A stretch of DNA of 32,000 nucleotides from Opitutia bacterium KCR 482 (GTDB lineage: Bacteria; Verrucomicrobiota; Verrucomicrobiia; Opitutales; Intestinicryptomonadaceae): the NCBI GenBank assembly GCA_029269845.2, contig CP149973.1:2040001-2072000 (forward strand), in the 5' to 3' direction. The position numbers and the translations under genes were made by a program. The notes under the pieces were generated by a model. That model did no database searches, was not told the DNA's origin, and worked only from the letters and a program-made list of their open reading frames with translations. Shown piece by piece: positions 1-9,000 of the stretch (positions are counted from its first letter, which is position 1; each line of letters opens with the position of its first letter).

Positions 1-2
1 TG

Positions 3-548
3 GACGGCGTAGAGGAAGGCGGGCAGGGAAAATTCCGCAAACCGCGCGACCACAACCAGGACTATTACGGAACGTCAAGGTACGCCGCCACGGCAACGCT
101 AAAACGGATATTGGAGAAACTGAACGCCGACGGGAAAAAAACGGTAGTTTTGGATTTGCATTCCCCACTTTTTTCGGAAATGAGCAACCTCGCCACGCGC
201 GCCAACGGCATCTATTTCGTCTTCGGGAAAAACGGCAAAAAGCGGAATTTGGCAAAAGACTTCTCGCTGAAGCTTGCCGAGCGCTGCAATAAATCGGGCG
301 GGCTTGCGAACAATCCCGAATTGGATGTCGACTTCGACCCGTTTTTGCACGACAGACGGCCGATAACATTCGCCAAATGGGCGGAAAGGTTGGAGAATGT
401 CATGTGGAGCGCGGCTATGGAAATACCGTTTGCGGTTCCAGGCGGCGAAATGCCGTCAACGCCCGACCAGTTGCGGAATTTCGGGAAGGCTCTTTTGGAA
501 GAGCTTGACGCGCGCGCTGGGATTGTCTGGGAGCATTCGTGGGAATAG
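3..548 (+). CDS. hypothetical protein, 5'-truncated by the window edge; possibly an M14-type metallopeptidase-like C-terminal region
   Basis: The frame is open from nt 3, with no stop before the listed TTG at 111, to TAG 546-548. VVLDLHS and AAMEIPF resemble the Zn-ligand His and catalytic Glu contexts of M14 carboxypeptidases. This is remembered pattern similarity only. Confidence 0.55.
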   Translation, partial: DGVEEGGQGKFRKPRDHNQDYYGTSRYAATATLKRILEKLNADGKKTVVLDLHSPLFSEMSNLATRANGIYFVFGKNGKKRNLAKDFSLKLAERCNKSGGLANNPELDVDFDPFLHDRRPITFAKWAERLENVMWSAAMEIPFAVPGGEMPSTPDQLRNFGKALLEELDARAGIVWEHSWE

Positions 549-647
549 TCCGTCCGCGGAGGGATTCGGAAATTCCGCAGACGGAATGCAGGGCGGCATG
601 CGGGAGCTGTCCGAAGCCAACCTCGGAGAAGGGGCGCAAGGGTTGTT

Positions 648-1070
648 CTACCATATGAAATCGGAGCGGATTATGTCGTCCTCGGAGAGTTCCCGCCCCA
701 ACTGCACCTCCACAATTTGCAGGTTCTCCAAGCCCATTATTCCGTGCATTTGTCCTGCTCCGATTTTTGCGACATCTCCCTGTTTGAATTCGGTTTTCTT
801 TCCGTCCACAACAAGAGTTCCCAATCCGTTTATGCCATAATCTGCTTCAAGCCTTTCCAGCCCAAGATCGAAGACGCGCCCGTTATGGAAAGCTCGTCGG
901 GAATTGTGCCCGATGAGACAAGCTCGATACCCTTGTAAAGCTTGAAATTCCTGCCGTCGACGGTTAGCGCGATTCTGTCGCCGTATTCTATCGCCTTTGA
1001 AGTCGTCGCCGAGCGTTGCGCCGAGTTCGGAGGGAACGGACAGTGAGGAGTTCGACCATATGCCGCGCAT
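648..1070 (-). CDS. cupin-domain protein (mannose-6-phosphate isomerase type II C-terminal-like); the N-terminal half may be frameshifted
   Basis: The C-terminal GTLVVDGKKTEFKQGDVAKIGAGQMHGIMGLENLQIVEVQLGRELSEDDIIRSDF matches the cupin beta-barrel end (IEVQ.G..l.EDDI.R). The N-terminal stretch RRQNRANRRRQEFQ looks out of frame. The overlapping frame reads a more protein-like IEYGDRIALTVDGRNFKLYKGIELVSSGTIPDELS. Confidence 0.55.
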   Translation of the reverse strand: MRGIWSNSSLSVPSELGATLGDDFKGDRIRRQNRANRRRQEFQALQGYRACLIGHNSRRAFHNGRVFDLGLERLEADYGINGLGTLVVDGKKTEFKQGDVAKIGAGQMHGIMGLENLQIVEVQLGRELSEDDIIRSDFIW

Positions 1071-1123
1071 ATTGATGTAGCGCGAAATAGGTAGTTAGAA
1101 TTTGTCCCCGCTTTTCTGTGCAC

Positions 1124-1157
1124 AAAAAAACCGCCTTGCCTTGTGGTTTGGCGGTTT
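1124..1157 (-). terminator. rho-independent terminator downstream of the PEP-CTERM gene
   Basis: On the minus strand, AAACCGCC pairs with GGCGGTTT around a 14-nt loop and is followed by a T-run. It lies about 20 nt after the stop at 1177. Confidence 0.7.
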
Positions 1158-1176
1158 GGAAATTTAAAAATTTGCC

Positions 1177-2898
1177 TTACTTGCGGCGGCGATAGATTAC
1201 AAAGCCCAAAGCCAACGCGCCGAAGATTGCCGCCCATTCGGCGGGTTCTGGGACGACGGTCAGCCAGTATTTGTTTGTCGCCGTGTCGAATGCCCACGAG
1301 AGTTTGGAACTGTCAACGCCCGAAATTTGCAGATACGCCAACGCGTCGTCGGCAAGCGAATTGTGTTTGTTGATTGCAAGCGACTTTTCGGCGAAACCGC
1401 TGATTACGATTGTATCGCCGTCAACCAAGCCATAACCGGCGATGTCGGCAACGATGAATTCGTCGAACGTCAGGACCGAGCCGCTGCCGAGGTTGATTTC
1501 AAACTGCGCGGCTTCGCCCGTTGCGAACGCAATACCCCTTGCCGTCAGCGAAACGTTGTCGCCTATCGTAATTTTACCGTAGGAGCTTGAAGGCTTGTTG
1601 TCGTTGTACGACTTCGACACGAGGAACGCCGTCTTCTTCCAAGTGTTGTCGGCGTTGACAACCAGCGAGCCCGCGTTTGTGTCGGTATTTTTTCCGAACG
1701 CAAGGTGCGTGTCGATGTCGAGCGCATCGTTGAGTGCCATCGCATTGCCGAGCGCGAAATATTTGCCGCCCCTGATAGCCAATTTGCCGCCTTTGTCGAG
1801 GACGATTTCTTCATAGTTTTTGCCGGCGGCACACGTTGCCGAATCCGTAAAGATGAGGAGAGATGCGCCGTTTTTGATTGTGAAAAGACCGCCGTTCGCG
1901 AACGTTTCGCCGACATTGCTACTATGATTGTAGAGAATCATGGTGGAGCCCTTCGCGAGAGTGATAGGGGTTGCTATTGAACGGAAGGTTTGCGCGTTGA
2001 TGGATGCTCCCTCGCCGATTGTTATCTTTGGCGTAATGCTGTCGTGTTTCGAAACATAAAAGTAGTCGTTTATATTGAGCGTACCGTTGACAACCAAGTT
2101 GCTTGCCGTTGTTGCGTCGCCGTTGTCGGGTGTGAGTTCAAGACGGGAGGTAGTGTACACGGCGTCCTTTCCGATGTTGAGAGTCGAATTTTGTACGGTC
2201 GTTTCATTGGCGGTGAAGTTGCCGCCAATGTTTGCAACGGTGCCGTTGAATGCGGCGTTTCCCGAAGTCGTGTACGTGCCGTTGAAGTTGTTTATGCCGT
2301 TTGTGAAATAGGACGCGCCTGTAACGTTCATAACGCCGTCGACGGTGAAGACCGTATTCGCGGCGTCGCTTTTGACGGTTACCGCTTCCGAACTCGTAAC
2401 GGTAATGCCCCTGCCGATTTTAATCGACGCCGTGCTGCCCGAACGCCCCGTGCCTACGGGAGCGGTAAGAGTCCAACCGTTGGTAAAGTTTATCGCAGCA
2501 TTTCCGCCGTTTTTAACGGAAAAATCCATCGCAAGCGGATAGGCGCTGAACCCTATCCCGTCGCCACTCGATAACGTCAGTGCCGCTCCGTCTTCGAAAA
2601 GCATATTCAGGTCGGTATAGCTTCCTCCGTCGTCACTTACCATGAAGCTTTTGAATGAATATTTTCCGTCCACAACGGTGTACGCCGGCGCGGTTGCAAC
2701 GCCCGAATTGAGCCCCTTCCAGAGAACCCCGTCGGAATCCGTCGGCGTTACGACATCACCCGAAGAGTTCTTGATGTCTGAGGAGAACTTCGTTGCGCTC
2801 TCTTCGTTAGTGCCGCCCGACAGAAGATAGTCGGTTGCGAACGCCGAACTTGTGGCGAATGCCGCTGCCGATATAATTACAAGACAACTTGTTCTCAT
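1177..2898 (-). CDS. PEP-CTERM-anchored secreted repeat protein (putative exosortase substrate)
   Basis: There is an N-terminal signal peptide (MRTSCLVIISAAAFATSSAFA). The body is Gly/Asn/Thr-rich and beta-helix-like. The C-terminus VVPEPAEWAAIFGALALGFVIYRRRK has the PEP motif, a TM helix and a basic tail. A terminator follows. Confidence 0.85.
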   Translation of the reverse strand: MRTSCLVIISAAAFATSSAFATDYLLSGGTNEESATKFSSDIKNSSGDVVTPTDSDGVLWKGLNSGVATAPAYTVVDGKYSFKSFMVSDDGGSYTDLNMLFEDGAALTLSSGDGIGFSAYPLAMDFSVKNGGNAAINFTNGWTLTAPVGTGRSGSTASIKIGRGITVTSSEAVTVKSDAANTVFTVDGVMNVTGASYFTNGINNFNGTYTTSGNAAFNGTVANIGGNFTANETTVQNSTLNIGKDAVYTTSRLELTPDNGDATTASNLVVNGTLNINDYFYVSKHDSITPKITIGEGASINAQTFRSIATPITLAKGSTMILYNHSSNVGETFANGGLFTIKNGASLLIFTDSATCAAGKNYEEIVLDKGGKLAIRGGKYFALGNAMALNDALDIDTHLAFGKNTDTNAGSLVVNADNTWKKTAFLVSKSYNDNKPSSSYGKITIGDNVSLTARGIAFATGEAAQFEINLGSGSVLTFDEFIVADIAGYGLVDGDTIVISGFAEKSLAINKHNSLADDALAYLQISGVDSSKLSWAFDTATNKYWLTVVPEPAEWAAIFGALALGFVIYRRRK

Positions 2899-3057
2899 GA
2901 TACCTACTTTCTATATTTTCAATAACTGGAATATAAGATTATGTTTATAAAACTTTTTACAACTTTTCTGCGGTAAAAAAAGCTTGCAGTCAACCATAAA
3001 AATTCCAACAGTTTTCAACAGTTCGTTCGGTACGGCAATCACGCTGTGTCGATTGGT

Positions 3058-3597
3058 TTATATGTTTATGGGGGAAATGGTAAAATTTGTAATATACGCG
3101 GGTGCGCTGCTTGTAGTCTGTGTCCTTTCGGCGGAGGAAAGCGTCGGCGATACAATTTCGGCGAAGTTCGGCAATACGGTTTCGGGGAAAGTAAGCATTT
3201 GAATACTCCCGCCGCTTACAACGTAAAGCCCGCCAGAACGCCCGCCGTAGACAATGCGGTTCTTGAAAATAAACCCTACATCGGCGGAAACAACTTTTTC
3301 GGAAACGTTGCCGATTCCGTCAATTTTGTAGAGATAAAAACGCCTGTCGCTTTCGTGCCCGCCCGCTATGAACGAAATTCTCCATCTGCCGTCTACAAGT
3401 TCGGCAGTGGGCGAACATTTCGTGGCGTCTTCGGGAAGCCCCGTATAAACGCGCTTCCATTCGCCGTTTTCATAGTGGTGAAGCTTCCATTTGCCGCCGA
3501 TTTTTAGAGAGCAAAAAGCCTTCGGCGCAAACTCTGGTGCATTACCGCGCGCCACAAACGGCATATGCGAATTTATCCCTTTATCGAATTCAAACAT
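3058..3597 (-). CDS. hypothetical protein (orphan)
   Basis: This 179-aa ORF has a protein-like composition (WKLHHYENGEWKRVYTG, RFYLYKIDGIGN). I recognise no family. It lies in the AT-richer patch, and the opposite-strand ORF 3046-3507 looks less protein-like. Confidence 0.5.
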   Translation of the reverse strand: MFEFDKGINSHMPFVARGNAPEFAPKAFCSLKIGGKWKLHHYENGEWKRVYTGLPEDATKCSPTAELVDGRWRISFIAGGHESDRRFYLYKIDGIGNVSEKVVSADVGFIFKNRIVYGGRSGGLYVVSGGSIQMLTFPETVLPNFAEIVSPTLSSAERTQTTSSAPAYITNFTISPINI

Positions 3598-3748
3598 AAA
3601 TTAACTTTCGGGCCATTTGATGTTGCCGCACCAGAGGTCGTCGCAACAGACATCGGGGCAGCCCTGTTGAAGCTCCATATGCGAGCTGTTAAACAGGAAA
3701 CATCAAACGGCAAAGGAATGTAAGAGAAATATAAGAGAACTGAAAACA

Positions 3749-3976
3749 ATGATGAAACAGATGAAATACGAAGCGACGCAAGAGTTTGAGAGGCTAGCAG
3801 AGACCATAAGCGACTGGTTTACGCCGATAATCCGAATGTGGAGATTTACAAAAAACAACGGGATAACCGAGGGCTTCCATAGGAAAATGAAACTGATACA
3901 ACGAATGGCTTACGGTTATAAAAACTTCCAAAATTACAGATTGAGGGTCTTGGTTCTATGCGGCGTCTTTCATTGA
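3749..3976 (+). mobile_element. ISL3-family transposase, C-terminal remnant (about 75 aa; truncated and non-functional)
   Basis: NNGITEGFHRKMKLIQRMAYGYKNFQNYRLRVLVLCG matches the conserved ISL3 C-terminal block (sNg.tEG.N.KIK.IKR.AYGfrNF.nfr.RIL). The N-terminal approximately 300-350 aa of a full transposase are absent, and I saw no terminal inverted repeats. Confidence 0.75.
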
Positions 3977-4058
3977 AATCCACTCTCTTTGGTGTTGACC
4001 CGTTAAATGGGCTGTGCCCCGCGAAGCCGTTTGCAGCGCGGGTTGGCGGCGAATGGGC

Positions 4059-4089
4059 AAAAAAAATTTCACACGGGTTCGTGTGAAAT
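4059..4089 (-). terminator. rho-independent terminator downstream of tRNA-Ser
   Basis: A perfect 10-bp stem, ATTTCACACG (4066-4075) with CGTGTGAAAT (4080-4089), closes a 4-nt loop. On the minus strand it is followed by T8. Confidence 0.8.
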
Positions 4090-4097
4090 TTAAAACG

Positions 4098-4184
<87 letters not shown>

Positions 4185-4250
4185 TTTTTTTTTGAAGTTT
4201 CCAAAGCTACTTATTTGTTGCCGCTCGTCAATACTTTTTTACGAATTTTT

Positions 4251-4847
4251 TTAATAGCCCCAGTCTCCGTCCACTATTATTATTGTCGTTTCCGCGCTCG
4301 TCGGGCGGCTGATTATTGCCGTCGCGCGGCATATCCTTTGGGGACTCATGCAGTTATAGCATTTATCGGCTTTGATTGCGCACGGCGTTTTCAATCCGAG
4401 TCGCTGGGCGTTCTTGGGGGCTGCCACGTTTTTTGCGCGCCACGTTGCCTTTTCGAGGTTCTCTTCTATCTTATTTGTTCCGCAGATATACAGCACTTTT
4501 TGTCGGTTTGCCCCGAATATTGCGCCCGACACCCTGTTGCCGCGTCCGTCGATATTGACGATTTCGCCGTTCTCCGTAAGTGCGTTTGCGCTGAGTATAT
4601 ACACTTGTGCGAGGCTTGCCTTTTCGAAGGTTTCGGGCGATTTATCCACTGCGTGCCAGTATACTTGGTTGGTGTCTTTAAGTGTTTCGTACACTCCCAG
4701 TTGGGAGAGCGAGACAGAGCCTCCCATGCCGACGCTCATATCGCGGATTTCCGATTTCAGAAATTCTTGCAGTTCGTTCGGGTTTGAAAAATGGCGGGTT
4801 TTGAAGCCGTTTTTTTCGAAGTTTTTGAGGGTGGTTTCCAAATTCAT
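4251..4847 (-). CDS. LUD-domain (DUF162, YkgG/LutC-like) lactate-utilisation family protein
   Basis: From the internal ATG at 4847: MNLETTLKNFEKNGFKTRHF...SVGMGGSVSLSQLGV...ANALTENGEIVNIDGRGNRV...IIIVDGDWGY, the typical LUD-domain pattern. The upstream 54 codons of the listed ORF look non-coding. Confidence 0.8.
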   Translation of the reverse strand: MNLETTLKNFEKNGFKTRHFSNPNELQEFLKSEIRDMSVGMGGSVSLSQLGVYETLKDTNQVYWHAVDKSPETFEKASLAQVYILSANALTENGEIVNIDGRGNRVSGAIFGANRQKVLYICGTNKIEENLEKATWRAKNVAAPKNAQRLGLKTPCAIKADKCYNCMSPQRICRATAIISRPTSAETTIIIVDGDWGY

Positions 4848-5151
4848 GGAGGTTATTTTTCTCACGAAGCATGGGAGAGTCGAGCCAAATTTTTTGCTTC
4901 CGCTTCGAATTTTCCGCCCGCCGCAAAAAAATGTTGTAATTTTCGGGAAAAAAGCAATGCTGTAAAACGAATAAGGCAATGTCGGAAGTTTGCGCATGCT
5001 ACGTCGCAACTTACAATCTCCATCTCAATCCTTGACGGCTTGCCTCGCATACCGCAGTCCCAGGGGGGTGCGGACATTGCGTTTTGCGGCATTGAATTGC
5101 CGCGCTCGATTCGTCGACAATCCCCCCTCACAACATAAATAACAATCAGAC

Positions 5152-5916
5152 ATGGAAGAAAATCAGAATACCGAAGTTCCCTCCGAAGTCGCAACTCCGT
5201 CGGAAGTCCCGTCTTGTCCCGAAGTTTCGGAAGAATCATGCGCGTCCCAACCGGAAGTCAAACAGCACGCCCGCAAAAACGGCAGAAACCGCTCGTGCAA
5301 ACGCGGCGCAAAACAGGCGTCCGCCGAGGCGGAATCTTGCGGCGAACTTGAAAATCCCGCCGAATTCCACGAAAAGCTCAGCGGCTCGAACGTTTCGGGC
5401 TATGCGGAAAACGACCGCCAGAAACGCGAACGCAGGGGCGAAAAGCGCGACCGCCGCGCCGACCGTCCAGATCAGGATTCCGCGGAATCCGTCGAGGCGT
5501 CGAACGAAGCGTCCGAACCCGAACATCAGGGCCCCTCGTTCGAAAGCAAAAAGTTCACGCCCAGAGCGGTTGAGGTCGGCCTTTCCGACCGCCGTCCAAA
5601 GGTTCCCGCGTCCGACAACGCCAACGACGGTGTAGTTTCGTACACGCCCGAAGACAGCAAGTGCTCGATTTCGCTTTTCGACAGAATCAAGAACATTTTC
5701 AAGTCGATATTCGGCAAGAGCGAGAAGTCGAAGAAGCGTTATAACAAGCGCGGCGGCAAAAAGAATTGGAGCAACAACCGCGACGGCGGCAAGCGCTACA
5801 ACAATAACAACCGCCACAACAACAACCGCAAGGGCGGCTACAACAAACGCCGTTTCAACGACCGCAGGCCCAACAACGGCGGCGGCAAGCCGCGCGGCAA
5901 CGGCGACGCCCAGTAA
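5152..5916 (+). CDS. hypothetical low-complexity protein (acidic N-terminus; Asn/Arg/Gly/Lys-rich basic C-terminus)
   Basis: Codon usage matches neighbouring genes. A strong terminator follows directly. The sequence is predicted disordered apart from an amphipathic stretch, SLFDRIKNIFKSIFGKS. The antisense ORF 5236-5817 is a shadow. Confidence 0.65.
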   Translation: MEENQNTEVPSEVATPSEVPSCPEVSEESCASQPEVKQHARKNGRNRSCKRGAKQASAEAESCGELENPAEFHEKLSGSNVSGYAENDRQKRERRGEKRDRRADRPDQDSAESVEASNEASEPEHQGPSFESKKFTPRAVEVGLSDRRPKVPASDNANDGVVSYTPEDSKCSISLFDRIKNIFKSIFGKSEKSKKRYNKRGGKKNWSNNRDGGKRYNNNNRHNNNRKGGYNKRRFNDRRPNNGGGKPRGNGDAQ

Positions 5917-5936
5917 TCGGCAGGGTTTTTAATTCG

Positions 5937-5970
5937 GCGTCGGAGCTTTCGGGCTTCGACGCTTTTTTTT
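5937..5970 (+). terminator. rho-independent terminator, followed by a second small hairpin at about 5971-5985
   Basis: GCGTCGGAGC (5937-5946) pairs with GCTTCGACGC (5953-5962) as a 10-bp stem with one G-U. T8 follows at 5963-5970. Confidence 0.85.
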
Positions 5971-6032
5971 CCCCGTCGTTCGGGGCGGGATTTTTGCTTG
6001 TAAATGCTTGGGGCGCGGGCTAGTTTTTTTTT

Positions 6033-9000
6033 ATGAAGAAATTTATATTTGTGGCGGTTGTTGCAGCGGCGTTGTGCCAGTCGCTGTGGGGGCAGAAATT
6101 CGGGCAGTTCACGATGCGCCCGAAAGGCGTGATAGACTTCAACTCGCACTACATTCAAACGGAGTCGGGCAACACCTACCAGCAGAGCGAATTGAAATCG
6201 CCGCAGGTTTCGGTATCGGACGGCGTTTACGAAATTTCGGGCGACTATGTTATAAAAGACCAGCCGCCGTTCAAGTTTTCCGAGAAAATAGCGAAGACGA
6301 AAAACGGCATAGACTTCGAATCGACAGTTTCGCGCGACACCGGATTTACCGACGACTTCGCGCTAGTCCTCTACATGCCCACAAAACTCTACAAGGGCAA
6401 AGTCTGGATTGACGACAGCAACGAGCTTAAAGACGCCCAGTTTATCGCGAAAAAAATCAGGGTTGTCGGCGAGAAATACACGCTCGAAATTTCGGGCGAA
6501 TTCGAGTGCGAAATGCGCCGCTACCGCGGGAAATCGCGGCGCGACTGGGGCGTGTACGACAACATCAGAATTTCGATAAACTATCTGAAAGACTCCGAAA
6601 CCTCGCGCTCGCTCAAACTGAAAATGCGCGCGGTCAAAAACTTTGTGGCGTCCGCCGACATGGGAAAAACCGTCGCGCCGCTCGGACTCCCGATGCCCGA
6701 CGGTACTGTCCACTTCGCCTCGACGCAATACAACATAACGAATGGCGTGAAGGGGCTTGTTATCCCCGCGGGCAAGAGTGCGGCAATCGGCGGCTCGAAA
6801 AAGAGGGCGAAGTACCTCGAAATCCTCAACGGCTTTGCGTCGCTGCCGAAAGACGCGGACGCTCTCGGGAAGGTCGTGGTTTCGTACGTTGACGGCTCGA
6901 GCGCGTCGTTCGACATCACGAAGTCCAATTCGGGCGCGATTGCGGACGGCGAAGAGCCGAAAGGCGCGACCGTCGCGTGGCGCGGCGAGCACAACGGCGG
7001 AAACGCGGCTATGTATACAACCGAAATTCCGCTTGCGCACAAGGCCGTCAGGAGCGTAAAGCTTGTAAATTCCAGCGGCGCGGACTGGAAAATCGCTGCG
7101 GCGACGTATTCTGCGACGCAGTTCGGGGTGATCCCCAACGGCGAGTACTACGTCATGCAAAACGACGCCTACTGCCCGATTGAAAACAAGCGTCCCGCCG
7201 TCAAAGGCTCGATTCTCGACATGTCTTTCGCCCTCGACGCCCCCGCGGGGAAATACGGCAGGGTAAAGGTTGTAAACGGTTCGTTCGCATTCGAAAAACG
7301 CCCCGACAAGCCCGTCCGATTCTACGGCGCGAACAACGTGTTCAAGGCGAACGCGCCGTCGCACGAGGACGCCGTGCGTCTGGCGGATCAATACGTTGCG
7401 CTCGGCTTTAACGTCGCGCGAATCCACCACTACGACCGCCTTTGCACGACCACCAAAAACGGCGACTCCGCCGAACTCGACGAAGCCGTAATGGACCGTT
7501 TCGACTTCCTTTTCAACGAGCTGAAAAAACGCGGCGTCTACATGACGATAGACTTCTACACAACCCGCCAGCTTCTGCCTTCCGAGTACGACGACATCAA
7601 ATACGACGGCGACAACATGAAGCTTGTCTTCTCCGCGTCCGACAAGGGGCTTGAAAACCTCCGCCGCTTTATCCGCAATTTTCTGACCCACGTCAACAAG
7701 TACACGGGGCTTGCCTACAAGGACGACCCCGCGCTGTTTTCGGCGTGTATCCGCAACGAGTCGTCGCACGTCGGCAACCGCAACTTCGTGGTAAGAACGC
7801 CGTTCGACTACGAGGCGATTCTGCCGAAATACGAAAAATGGCTCGCCCAAAACAAGTCGAAGTGGGAGGGGCGTTCCGAGCGCGAACTTTGGCAGATTTT
7901 CCAGCTCGACGTCTACGACCAAACCCATGCAAAACTGCTACAAACCGTCAGGGAGCTTGCCCCCGACCTGCTCGTCTCCGACCAGAACCACGTCGGCGGC
8001 TTCATGACGAAAGCCATGTCAAAAACATACGATTTCGCCAGCCAGAACGCCTACTACGGACACCCCAACTACATCGAAACAAAATACACCCTGCCGCAGG
8101 AAATCCGCAGCGACCCTCCCATCGGCAACTACGGCGGCGACACCGTCCGTGCGCTCGTCGCCGAAATTTTCGGCAAGCCGCTAATCATTACCGAGTGGAA
8201 CTACATGAGCCCCAATCCGTACTGCTCGCAGGGGGCGTTCCTTGTCGGCGCGTATTCGGCTCTCAACGATGTCGGCGGGCTTTGCTATTTTGCGTACTCG
8301 CACGGCGACGGCGCAATATCCAACAACTACAACATCGGCGGCTTCGACTTCGCAAGCAACCCGATTCTCACGCTCGCGCACAGGGCGGCAATCATGATGT
8401 ACCTGCGCGGCGACGTCAAACCCGCGACGGTTTCGTTCCCCATTCCGCTCCTGACAAGCTTTTACAGAAACGGCGCGACGAAAGGCTCGACCGGAAACGT
8501 TGCCGAGGCAACATACCTCGGTCTTGTAGGACGCGTCGGGCACGTCTTGGCGGACTCCGTCGACGGCGCGAAAATTCCGTCCGACGCCGCGGCTGTGCTG
8601 ATGTCGGAGGACGCATGGAAGTCGGCAAAATTCTCCGCGCCCGCGTACGACATTTTTTCGAAAGGCAAGTTCTTGAAGTCGATTGCCGAAAGCGGCAGGC
8701 TCGACAAGGGTAAAATCGACCTCGAAAACAAGACATTCCGAAGCTCCACGGGAGAGCTTTTCATGGACGTCGGCAAGCTCAACTGGAAGGCGATAACCCC
8801 GAAAACCGAGGCGTACGCGCTCTTGGAGGGGCAGTCGCTCCGCGGAGATTTTGCAAGCGTGAAGTCTTTGACCGCGCAGGCGAGCGTCCTGATTTCCGCA
8901 TACGACAACAAGCCGCTCCGCGACAGCAACCGCATTCTCATTCTCCACCTGACCGACGTAATGAATTCGCGCCAGAAATTCGCAACTCCCGAAAAGGACG

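Noticed and set aside
549-586. An 11-nt identity (GGAGGGATTCG, 560-570) to the 3' part of tRNA-Ser (4105-4115), considered as a possible att direct repeat delimiting an island from 570 to 4098.
   Set aside because: The match is short and not co-linear with the tRNA 3' end, since a 6-nt gap is needed. Its chance expectation is not negligible once all tRNA 11-mers are considered. The segment is also fully explained as part of a hairpin (TCCGTC/GACGGA plus GCGGA/TCCGC) just after the first ORF's stop.
3046-3507. 153-aa plus-strand ORF overlapping the 179-aa minus-strand orphan gene.
   Set aside because: The minus-strand translation has more protein-like composition and a longer frame. Neither has a family assignment, so only the minus-strand ORF is reported, at moderate confidence.
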